DNA of 64,000 bases from positions 1,272,282 to 1,336,281 of the forward strand of contig ML992508.1 in assembly GCA_010093995.1 (NCBI GenBank), given 5' to 3'. Position 1 is the stretch's first letter; every line of letters begins with the position of its first letter. A model generated the notes under the pieces. The model was not told where the DNA came from and ran no database searches. It worked only from the letters and a program-made list of their open reading frames with translations. Below, one piece after another: positions 46,138 to 57,084 of this stretch. The translations under genes and the position numbers were made by a program. The DNA is from Elsinoe ampelina (Eukaryota).

Positions 46138-48123
46138 ATGGCTCGGACTACGACTGAGCGTCCTGCAAAGCGAGCAAAGCTCCTTTCCGACGATGAGGCT
46201 TCCAGCAGCGGTGACGACGCCGGCGGTGTTTCCCTCTCTAACGGAGCTGGTCTCAAGATCAACGAAGAGTTCGCAAAACGATTCGAGCACAACAAGAAGC
46301 GGGAAGAACGGCAGCGATTGGAAGAAAAGTTCAACAGAAATGGCGATGCCGACGAGGACTCGGACTCTACATCCGAGGAAGAGGATGATGATGGCGACTT
46401 GGTCACAGGAGAGCTGGACAACGAGATCCAAGCTACACTTAGGGCTCTCAAGTCGAAGGATCCCCGTATCTACGACAAGAATGTCAACTTCTACCGACCT
46501 CTCGAAGAGACACTGCCGAAACCAGAAGCTGAAGGAAAGAAGGAGAAGCCTCTTTACTTGAAGGACTACCACCGACAGAACTTGTTGAATGGAGTCAATG
46601 GAGACGATGCGCAAACAGAGATAGTCGCAGCGACATACGACCAGGAGCAAGATGCCCTACGAGCCAACTTGGTCGGGCAAATGCACGCGATTGCATCGGA
46701 CAACGATTCCGACGAGGATGGCTTCTTGCAAAAGAAAGCAGCACCACTACATGATGATGTCTCGTCACAGCCGCAGCCTTCAGGCGTACATCCTTCCCGG
46801 CAACACAAGATCCAAGATCTGGATTTGGACAACGCTGACAAGGATCCCGAAACATATTTATCAAACTTCATGGCCGCTCGTGCATGGGTACCTGATACCA
46901 ATTCTCGATTCGCGCATCTGGACAGCGATGATTCCGAAGAGGAACAAAGAGCCGAGGAGTTCGAGGACGCTTATAACATGCGATTCGAAGACCCCGAGAA
47001 GGCGAATGCAAAGCTGGTCAGCTTCGCCCGTGACATGAACAAATACTCGGTCAGGAGAGAAGAGAAGACCGGCCGCCAGAGGGCACGAGAAAAGGAACGC
47101 GAGATCAAAGAAGCTGCGAAACGTGAGAAGCAAGAAGAGAGGGCGAGACTGAGGAAGCTGCGTATCGAGGAGGTCGAAGAGAAGGTGAAGATGATCAAAG
47201 AAGCTGCTGGTCTTGGCGCCGCGGACATTGTTGACTTGGATGAGTGGAAGGATGTGCTGGAAGGTGATTTCGACGACGACAGTTGGGAGAGGGAGATGCA
47301 GAAGCGATTCGGCGAGAAGTACTACGCTGGCAAGGACGACATATCTCTATCCGGCGATGAAGTGGAACGTTCTCACAAGAGTACGAAGCCGAAGAAGCCT
47401 AAATGGAATGACGATATCAACATCAAAGATCTGGTACCGGAGTTTGAGGAAGAGGAGGAGGGGCTCGAGAAGCCGACTTTTACGCTCACGGACGATGAGG
47501 ACGAACCGACTGACAACGATGATGGCGACGTTGTGATGGAGGACGACGATTCGTCAAAGAAAGTGAAAGCTCCCAAACAAAAGTCCCGCAAGGAGCTCGC
47601 GTCTGAGAAGAAACGTGCCGATCGGAAGCAACGAGCACAGATTGAATCTCTTATTGACGAACAGCTTACGACTGAGCCACAGTCGTCGTCTGCTGCTGGA
47701 TTCCGCTATCGTGAGACCTCTCCAGTGTCCTACGGACTCTCCGCGAGAGACATTCTGTTCGCAGAGGATACTCAGTTGAACAGCTTCGCAGGTCTTAAAA
47801 AGACACATGCCTTCCGAGACGAGGAAAAGAAAGCCAAGGACAAGAAGAAGCTGGGCAAGAAAGCCAGACTACGAGAATGGAGGAGAGAGACATTCGGCAC
47901 TGAAGAGGGATACGGTGGCACCTTCGCGGAGTACGTGCAAAGAAAGCTGCCAGAAGCTCAAGCCATAGAAGAAGCCAAGGCCTACAGGCAATTCAACGGC
48001 GACAAGAGGCGAAGTCACAATGGCAGCAATGCGAAGCCAAAGGAGCAGGTGAATGGCATCGTGGAGGGCGAGAGGAAGAAGTCACGGAAGCGAAAACACA
48101 AGTCAGGCGGCGACCGAGAGTAG
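46138..48123 (+). CDS. KRI1: Kri1, 40S ribosome biogenesis factor
   Basis: LKINEEFAKRFEHNKKREE, DPRIYD, LYLKDYHR, YNMRFEDP, FRYRETSPVSYGL, DTQLNSFAGLKK. Confidence 0.96.
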   Translation: MARTTTERPAKRAKLLSDDEASSSGDDAGGVSLSNGAGLKINEEFAKRFEHNKKREERQRLEEKFNRNGDADEDSDSTSEEEDDDGDLVTGELDNEIQATLRALKSKDPRIYDKNVNFYRPLEETLPKPEAEGKKEKPLYLKDYHRQNLLNGVNGDDAQTEIVAATYDQEQDALRANLVGQMHAIASDNDSDEDGFLQKKAAPLHDDVSSQPQPSGVHPSRQHKIQDLDLDNADKDPETYLSNFMAARAWVPDTNSRFAHLDSDDSEEEQRAEEFEDAYNMRFEDPEKANAKLVSFARDMNKYSVRREEKTGRQRAREKEREIKEAAKREKQEERARLRKLRIEEVEEKVKMIKEAAGLGAADIVDLDEWKDVLEGDFDDDSWEREMQKRFGEKYYAGKDDISLSGDEVERSHKSTKPKKPKWNDDINIKDLVPEFEEEEEGLEKPTFTLTDDEDEPTDNDDGDVVMEDDDSSKKVKAPKQKSRKELASEKKRADRKQRAQIESLIDEQLTTEPQSSSAAGFRYRETSPVSYGLSARDILFAEDTQLNSFAGLKKTHAFRDEEKKAKDKKKLGKKARLREWRRETFGTEEGYGGTFAEYVQRKLPEAQAIEEAKAYRQFNGDKRRSHNGSNAKPKEQVNGIVEGERKKSRKRKHKSGGDRE

Positions 48124-48574
48124 TGTATATAGCAGATATCTAATGAATGCTCTGTTTCCCCATCTCCACATGTCCAAATGCGCATCCTCCATGACAGGTG
48201 AAGCATCCGGTATCTCATTGGTTCGGATATAAAAGGAGCAAGGTTAAGAGATCTGGGGAGATCTGGAACTAAACCGTGTACGGTATAGTGGCCGTCGAGG
48301 AGCTCGAGTCGTCGTTTTGCGAAAATTGTCGGAGGAGCGGACGGCCAATGCTCGTCATGAGCTTCCGAGTCTATCCTTGAAAAATTATTCACACCTCGGG
48401 CATTGTCTGACGATTGCCGCTTCATTGTAGATTCACATTTCTTCATGTTACATACATCTTAATTCGGAGTATCAAACACACCTCGAAGCTTTTACTAGCT
48501 AGAGTCCCTCTTTTCAGTACAGTGAACTTTTTCCCACGCACGACCATACCTCCACGCGGCGCCGACTTGAATCA

Positions 48575-51500
48575 ATGGCAGGCGATGGCCGTGGAGAACA
48601 AGGTAAGGACCCGGCCCAGAGCCTTGTCAGTAGAATGTTACATTGACCAGTCGTGCAGGCGCCGCGCTGTCCAAGTCGAATTCCAAGGAGGATCCCGTAG
48701 GAAATGAAGCTCAGCAGGACCAAGATGGCAGCGGAGAAGCAGGAGAGGGGGCACCACCAGAGAGCGTGTTCCAGCTTCATATCAAGCTTCCCCATGAGCC
48801 TGGCGCCACCTCTGTCATGTGCAGTACCCACGAGTACGAGAAGTGACACCCTTGCTCCGTCCGATCTTAACACATTTCCAGGCAAGTCCAGGATATTCGA
48901 CAGTCCATCATCGATCTCCCTTTCACCTTCCAGTACTCCTGCTTTCACCTCGAGCACCAAGGTAAACGTATAAACGACTTTGTCGAGCTTTCCGAGGTCC
49001 CAGGCATCGTCGATGATCCTCATGCGACCTTGGTGGAGGACCCATATACAGACAGCCAGGCTCGCATGCACTTTGTGAGGGTCAGAGAACTGATTGGAGC
49101 TTCTGGAGACAGGACTGATCTGGTCCATGGCGTCAAAGCCGGTCTCTCGCTGCACGACAGTGTCTCCCGCCTGACCGCGTCAAAAGATGGAAAGGACACA
49201 CCGGCTGATATTGGAATTGCTCAGTATGAATTGGAAACCCCAGGAACCGTCTCGTCTCTGCTACCACCATCGGGAGATTCTGCGCCAAAGACCGTCAAAT
49301 CTGTATCGCTGTCACCCTGGAACCCTCCGCCGTACTCTCTCCGTGCCAAGGGACATCTCATGTACATCGTGGTCACCACCAATGAAGGCGAGCAGCACAA
49401 CATCACATCCCACGTATCCGGGTTTTTTGTCAACAAGTCCACCAACCAGAAATTTGACCCTTTCCCGAGATCTGCTCCGAAAGGACACTCCGCACACTCC
49501 CTGCTCAACTTGCTCGGCCAAATATCTCCATCTTTCGAATCTTCCTTCAAGGCGCTTCAGGAATTCAACGCCGGGAAGGATCCTTTGGCCTCGTTCCAAC
49601 TCTCCAATGCTATTCCCTCGAGTCCTTGGGCGGTGTCGCCTGCAGCCGCCCAGCTCGCTGAACACGTCTCGGATATCACCAGGACTCAGGAGCCATACCT
49701 GCTAGCCGGTCCGGAGAACGCCGAGACGCTTCGCGACTGGAACGAGGAGTTCCAATCCACCCGCGAGTTACCGAAAGAGACGGTTCAGGATCGCGTGTTC
49801 CGCGAAAGACTCACTTCCAAGCTCTTCGCTGAGTACAACGAGGCAGCTGTTCGAGGTGCAGTGCTCGTTGCAAGGGGAGAAGTCGCTCCTCTCAATCCGA
49901 CAGAAGGTCGTGACGCCCAGATCTTTGTGTATAATAATGTATTCTATTCCTTTGGCGCGGACGGCGTTGGTACATTCGCAAGCGACGGTGGTGACGATGC
50001 TGCGAGGGCGGCGACCGGAAAGGATGTTATGGGAGTCAAGGCGGTGAACCAGTTGGACATACAAGGGCTATTCACGCCCGGGACTGTCGTGGTAGACTAC
50101 CTTGGCAAGCGATTGGTTGGACAAAGCATTGTACCTGGCATCTTCAAACAGCGGGAGCCCGGTGAGCATCAAATCGATTACGGCGGAGTCGAAGGCAAAG
50201 ATGTCATTGCTGAGCACGAGGGTTTCAAGAAGCCCTTTGCTGAGCTCTCCAAGTCTTTGCGGGTAAAGAAGCATCCGGTCTGGGACAAGGAAGGCAAGCG
50301 ACATGATTTGGAAGGTAGTGTGGAGACGAAGGGTCTGCTTGGAACCGATGGCAGGAAGTATGTCCTGGATCTGTACCGCATCACGCCACTGGATGTTGCC
50401 TGGCTAGACGAGCACAGGAAGGACACGTCATCTGCGCCCGAGGGTGAAGCAGATGTGGAGAATTATCCACACCGGATGGCTGTCTTGCGACCTGAGCTGG
50501 TCGAGTCCTACTGGAGAACGAAGCTCCAAGCCTACGTCAAAGACGAGGTATCGAAGCGACAAGCAGCAAGGAATAGCGACGCTGAAAAGCAGATCTCCAA
50601 CGGCGAGCCGGCTGCAACAAATGGCAGTGACGATAAAAAGGAAGACGCAGAGGGCAAAGAGCTCGAGAAGTCGGAGAAGAAAGAGCCGGAGCAGGAACGT
50701 GTCGACGTTTCTGGCTTCCAATTCTCGCTCAACCCGGACGTATGCTGCGGCCAGAAACCGCAGACGGAGGAAGAGAAGGAAGAGTGGGCTAACGACGAAG
50801 CTGAGGTACAGAATGCTTGCAAGTACCTTAGGTCTGAAGTCATACCCAAGGTGATCCACGACTTGTCTGAGGGCGATGTCGGTTTCCCGATGGATGGTCA
50901 ATCTCTTTCGAGCTTGATGCACAAGCGCGGTATCAACATCCGGTATCTCGGAGTCCTTGCGAATGAAGCAGACAAGGAAGAATCCAGATTACAGGCCCTG
51001 AAGCAACTGTGTCACCAAGAGATGGTCTCGAGAAGCTTCAAGCATGTCAGCGCGAAATATCTCAAGCGATTGTCACCGCCATTCGCTCACGCTTGTATCG
51101 CTCATCTTCTCAACTGTTTGCTCGGCACTGCTTCCAAGCCAGTACCCGAGCTGGATGAATCACTGAAATCTTTATATCCGGAAGACGATTATTCATTCAT
51201 GGACGTCACACCGGATGTGCTTGCATCAGAGATTACCGCAGAGGCCAACCGACGATACCGCTACGATGTGGGATCCGGTATTGTACCAGATGGAAAGCGA
51301 TTGCAAATGCTCCGCGAGGTATCTCTCAAGCTTGGTCTCCAACTTGAAGCGAAGGACTACTTCGACCAGCCGACCACGAACGGCCACACACCCACGGAGA
51401 CCACAAAGCCGACCACCAATGGCACATCCCACAAGAAGAAGTCGAAGCGATCGGAATCCCCGCCTGCGGTGCAATCAACAGCACCGAAGCAGACCTTCCA

Positions 51501-52521
51501 CCCTGACGACGTCGTCAACGTCTATCCAATTATCAAGGAAGCTTCACCTCGATCAGTTCTTGCGGAAGAAGCGCTCGAAGCCGGGCGCATCTCCATTGCG
51601 CAAGATCAGAAGGAGCTTGGTCAGGAGCTCTTGCTTGAGTCCTTGTCATTACACGAGCAGATCTATGGTATCCTCCATCCAGAAGTCGCAAGGGTCTACT
51701 ATGCTCTGTCAACGCTGTATTATTCGTTGGAAGAAAAGAACGCTGCCGTGGAACTCGCGCGGAAAGCTACCATCATCTCCGAGCGCACCCTCGGCGTGGA
51801 TCACGCAGAGACGATCTTGTGCTACTTGAATCTTTCACTTTTCGAGCACGCAAATGGCAACACAAAGTCCGCACTAGGCTACGTTCGTCACGCACTCGAT
51901 CTGTGGAAGGTCATCTATGGCCCATCGCATCCAGACAGCATCACAACTCTCAATAATGCCGCGGTCATGCTTCAATCACTGAAGCTCTACCACGAATCCC
52001 GCATCTGGTTTGAATCTTCCTTATCGGTTTGCGAATCCGTGTCAGGCAAGAACAGCGTCAACACAGCAACGCTTCTGTTCCAGCTGGCCCAAGCATTGGC
52101 ATTAGATCGTGATCCCAAGGGCGCAGTCAACCGCATGCGTGAAGCATTCACCATCTTCAAGAACGAACTCGGACCAGAAGATCGCAACACGAAGGAAGCT
52201 GAGAGTTGGCTTGAAAGCCTGACAAGCTCAGCGGTAAGTCTTGCGAAGCACGCGAAGGACGTCCAGGCTCGCAGACTACTCATCCGACCCAAAGTCGGCG
52301 GTCGGAGTCTTGTCGGCGCCACTGAAGGTGTCCGCCCACAGCCCAGTGTTGGCCAAACAGTGCAAGCAGCCACCGGCGTGCCCAGCGTGACAGGCGAGCG
52401 AGGACCCGACAGCCGATCCGTGGACGAGCTGCTCAAGTACATCAACGGAGAAGCGAAAGGGAGCCCAAGCGGCAAAAAGAAGGGCGGTGTAAACCCAAAG
52501 AGAAGGCAAGCCAAGGCATAA
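48575..52521 (+). CDS. CLU1: Clustered mitochondria protein Clu1/TIF31; introns 48603-48658 and 48834-48881
   Basis: EQVQDIRQSI, WNPPP, RDWNEEFQS, VVDYLGKR, GTDGRKYVLDL, HKRGINIRYLG and C-terminal TPR repeats. Confidence 0.97.
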
Positions 52522-52667
52522 AGCCTACATTCCACCATGCAAATGTCCTCCGGCACACATACAGAGAAAGGGGCTCACGCACAGGCTGCGTTCCCCCCAT
52601 CTGTACTTAGCAAGCTATGTACCACCACCACCCATCCGCACCCCACTCAATACAAAGACCCTGTACA

Positions 52668-54088
52668 TCACGCACCCCCACTCGCTCCCTCCCACTCCCT
52701 CTTCATCGTCTCCCTAAACTCCCCAAACGCCATATCACTATTCGGCGGGAAAGGCTTCACCTCGCCCTGCGCATCAATCCAATCAAAAGCATCATAGTGT
52801 ACATTATCCGCGTCCGGGTAGCGATAACACTGAATCGTGGCGCACACGCCGGGCGTCTCGTTGTGCAGCTTGTGCACCTGGTAATTCTCGTCGCCGATCC
52901 ACGTGACCATGCCCTTTTTCAGGTTGGCGCTGCCGAGGACGCAGGGGGAGGAGAGCGAGGTGTACCAGGTGCAGTTGATGTCGCCGTGGAGGACCTTGAT
53001 GACGGCGCACGCGTTGCCGTGGTCGTGGATGGGCGAGTAGTGTTTGGACGGCCAGATTTCGAGGACGTAGGGTATGCCGGGGGAGTCGCCCTGTTTTTTT
53101 GGTCAGGAGGTGGGGAGGGGAGGGAGGGGAGGAGAGCGGGGAGGGCAGGGAGGGGAGGGAGGGGGGGCAAAGGAGAGGGGAGACTCACGAGGTTGTAGCC
53201 TAGCGTGATGCGGAGGTAGGTCCCGTTGGGGTCGGAGCCGAACTCGCCTTGCTTTTCTTTGAGCTTGTTGTACGCCCAGCAGCCTTCGGTGATGCAGCTG
53301 CGTTGGATCGCGTCGGAGAAATCGGGGAAGTCGTCGTCGTTGAGGACGATGTTGGCCCCGGCGACGTTGCCGTAGAGCACTTGGCAGGCTTCGGGGAGGT
53401 TGGCGGGGGCCGTGTAGGTGCCTTTCTCGAGGTCGAGGAGGGTGACTTTGTCGGCTGACAGGACGAAGGGGGAGCGATCGATCACGATGGGCAGAGGGTT
53501 GATGATCGGGAAGATTTGGGCTCCGGATTCGTCTTGGATGATCTGGATCCTTTTGGTGTTTGAGAGCCAGGAGAACTTGGGCGGATCGTCCCAGACCTGG
53601 AGGCCGTCTTTGTTCAGACGTTTGAGGCGTGCTTCGACGAGAGTCATGGCTTTGTTGGTGTAGTATTTGCCGTAGCGAAGGATGCCATTGTCTTGGTCCA
53701 GTGACAGCCAGTAGGTGGTTGGCTTGCCGGTATCAAGATAGCAGGCATCCTTGCTTTTGACGAAGACGTAGGGAATCTCTTGCTTGCCCGCGGCGGTGTC
53801 GAAGTAGAATAGGAAGTCGGAACTACCGATATCGAGGTGCAGGATCGGACCCCCGTCCAGATTTGTCTCGACAGCTATGCTGAGGAGGTTTCGGGCATCA
53901 GAAGATACGGCGACTGTGCCTTGGCCGGTGACAGGAAGGATGTTGGTGAACTCTGGCTTGCGAGGTGCTACAAGCTTGCCATCTTCAGTCTTCTCATGGC
54001 CTGGAGCAGCCTTGAGTCCACCAGATGGAATAGCTTGTTTTTTGGAGAAGAACGGATCAAAGAATTGAGAAGGCGAAGCAGCTGCCAT
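52668..54088 (-). CDS. Cysteine-dioxygenase-like cupin with a ~300-aa N-terminal region, 440 aa; intron 53091-53188
   Basis: The spliced C-terminus LEIWPSKHYSPIHDHGNACAVIKVLHG ... QVHKLHN ... TIQCY matches the three-His thiol-dioxygenase layout. Confidence 0.75.
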
Positions 54089-54904
54089 GATGAATGAGCA
54101 GATGAGGTGCAATAGTGCTTGACCTGGAGCAAGAGGTTCGACCGATACTTATACCTTGATTGCGTGCACATTCACCGACAATCTCGTCCAATACGAAGAA
54201 GGTGATTACTACCAAGTTTGAGGGGTGGAGGGTGCGCCGCCAATGAAGTTGAATGTGGCTGTCAAGACACAGCTGGGGGCATGCACAGTACCCCTGCAGA
54301 CGCAGCACGAAAACTAGAGGCGAGGTCTGGGAACGTTGTTTGTGCTGCAAGTGAGACGCCTCAGACTACTATCGACGGCTGTGGCTAAACACTTTCATGG
54401 CATGAGCGGCGATGTCAATCGCCACCCTCTTCTCCCATATGGCGCGCATATTCTATTAGTGTAATTGTAGTTCTTGACGGTAGTCGAAGTAAAGTCTGTG
54501 ATAAGTCTTGCGGTGAGATGGTAGCTGCATGTAACGTGTGGAGTGATTGGTTGTGTACATCATGCAGGGGTCTGCTGGTCTGCATCGCTAGATGGGACTG
54601 CTCGCATATCGAGGTGCACAGAGCCGAGCAACGCATTGCTTGCCACCGAACGATGCAGGTAACGTGGCGTTAATTCGAGATCCGAAGTCGTGAGACGATG
54701 AAAGGGATGTGGGAAAGGCTGCTCTCGCTGGAAGAGAAAAGTTTCCGAGTGCAAGATAATCCAGGACAGGATGCCGGAGTTGGCTCAAAGTGGGTCTTGC
54801 GGCTCTGCGGTCGACCCCGCAGGCGTGCATTAGCGCCACGCGTTTCGGCGACAACGACGAGAACATTTCTCCCATTCACATCACCGTTGAAGTCGTCGGA
54901 GACA

Positions 54905-56719
54905 ATGCGGCCCGTCCTGAGGCATCGCGCCTTCGCCCAGGGCTGGCATCACACTCGTTTCGTGCCAGTTCAGTCGTCGTTTCCTAGGACACCTGGCGCA
55001 TCCCGTGGATTGGTGCAGATTCCGACCCCTGGAAGCAACATACCTGGTCAAGATGAGGAAGAAGGCAATTCGAAGAACCAAGACGAGAAGCCAGGATGGG
55101 GCCCGACATTCTTCCGCATGTTTGAGTCTTCAATGACCACCTTGGCTAGTGTGGCTGTTTTGGGTGTGATTGGCTACAGCTACACAAGGTACTACAAGCA
55201 CCTGGTCTTGAAGAAAATGGAGAACGCATTCGAGCCCGGCGATCCGGTCCTCCAGCTGGCTAACAAAGGAGGTCTTCCAGCGCCGGGTGATGATGAGAGC
55301 GATCGCTCGCATTGGATCGACCGGGCGGAGCAGAAGCGACTCGACGACATTGTGAGTGGCAAATCTCGGGGCCAGTATTATTTGATTGTAGGAGAAAAGG
55401 GCACTGGAAAGTCATCTATGCTCATTGATGCTATGGCCAAGATCAACGGAGAAGGATGCGCCATGTTCGAAGCGCACGCGGACCTGGAAATCTTCCGAGT
55501 GAGGCTTGGAAAGGCATTGGACTTTGAATATCACGAGGACAATATCGGAGCACTATTCTCGATTCGAGGCCCTAGGGATGCAAGCGCGCTGCTGGACATC
55601 GAGCGAGCATTCAACAAACTGGAGAAGATTGCTCTGCGGAGACGAGACAGAGTTGGACGACCATTGATCATGATCATCAATAGTACACATCTTCTGCGCG
55701 ACGACGAGGACGGCAGGGATCTGTTAGAGCTCGTGCAACAAAGAGCTGGTGAGTCCCAAAGGAGACAGATAGGAAGTGTTAGTAACATGAGACAGAACAA
55801 TGGGCAGCGGGTAATTTGGCAACGATCATCTTCAACAGTGACGACTATTGGGTCTACGAGCGCCTCAAGCAGTACGCCACTCGATTACAAGTCATTCCGA
55901 TATACGATCTACCAAAGGATAAGGCCATGGTAGCATTGAGGAATCATCGATACAAGTACTTCAACGAGCACCCAACCTCGGATCTTTTGGAGCAGGTTTA
56001 TAAGAAAGTCGGGGGCCGACTTGCATTTCTCAACGTCAGTTTTCCTTCTTCCCCACCCCGTACATGCTGACTTTGTGTTAGCGGGTCGCAAAGAGCCCGG
56101 ATATGCTCAAGACGTGCGACGAAATCAATGTGATGGAGAAGACTTGGTTTCTGAATCAATGCTGGATCCTCGGTGAGCCAATGGACGACGACGTCATGGA
56201 CCAGCAGAAATTCGCTGTAAGATCTCCTGCACAAAGATGTAAATACTATACTGACATGGATAGTCTGCAGCAGTCGTCATGGCAAAAGCCCTGGTCGACA
56301 GAGAGAAAGAGGTCGGCGTCAACTGGAGTGACGAACATGGCCATGTTCTGCCCGAGATACCATTGCACGAAGCACGACAGATCATGACCAGAGCGGATTT
56401 CATCAAGCAGTACGACGCAATCAACATCTTCACCATCGACTCGAAAGCACAGGTTCGAGCTGACTCAGTCCCGATGATGAACGCCTTCCGAGAAGTGTGT
56501 GCCATCGAAGGATTCGAAGAGCATTTGGAGGCCACCCTTGATCGCATTTCTGCCATTGAGTCTTTGGGCCGCACCCGAGAGCTGACGATAAAGGACCTAT
56601 GGAATAACGGCAAGTATCAATTCTACGTCAAAGATCGGAAAGGCAATCTGGAGAAGAATGTCACCTTTGTCACGGAGGCGCCACCGGAAGAAGACGAGAA
56701 AGACAAGGACGACAACTAG
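54905..56719 (+). CDS. Putative mitochondrial membrane P-loop NTPase-like protein; introns 55749-55795, 56035-56081, 56217-56263
   Basis: Arg-rich presequence-like N-terminus, one TM segment (LASVAVLGVIGYSY), Walker A GEKGTGKS and three frame-preserving introns. Confidence 0.8.
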
Positions 56720-57084
56720 GAGAAGGACACACACGCCACGGTTATTGGACTAGGGAAAGACTCTGCTGGTACGGAGCGCTTGGTATCTATGAAGCCTACA
56801 AAACCTGATCAGAAGAGGGAGGCCAATGTCGACTACAACTGATAGACTGTATTCTAAAGCCCTATAGAAGGAAGGTGCGGCTCTGCGGTTGGACTGCTCT
56901 AGCGTAAAGCTTAAAATTCAGGGACTGTGTTGATTTGTTGACACGGCCCAACGACTACACTTGACGCATGACTGTACAGCGACTAACTTTGCCCTCGCCT
57001 CATTGCTAAGTTTACTTGCTAATGATTGTTCTCATTCTGCTGGCACCTCATACTTGACTCAGATCTCGGCCTCATGACAACACA

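Noticed and set aside
52919..53188. Pro/Thr-rich C-terminus of the 397-aa ORF in the track
   Set aside because: It is read-through of the 53091-53188 intron; the spliced frame gives the conserved cupin.
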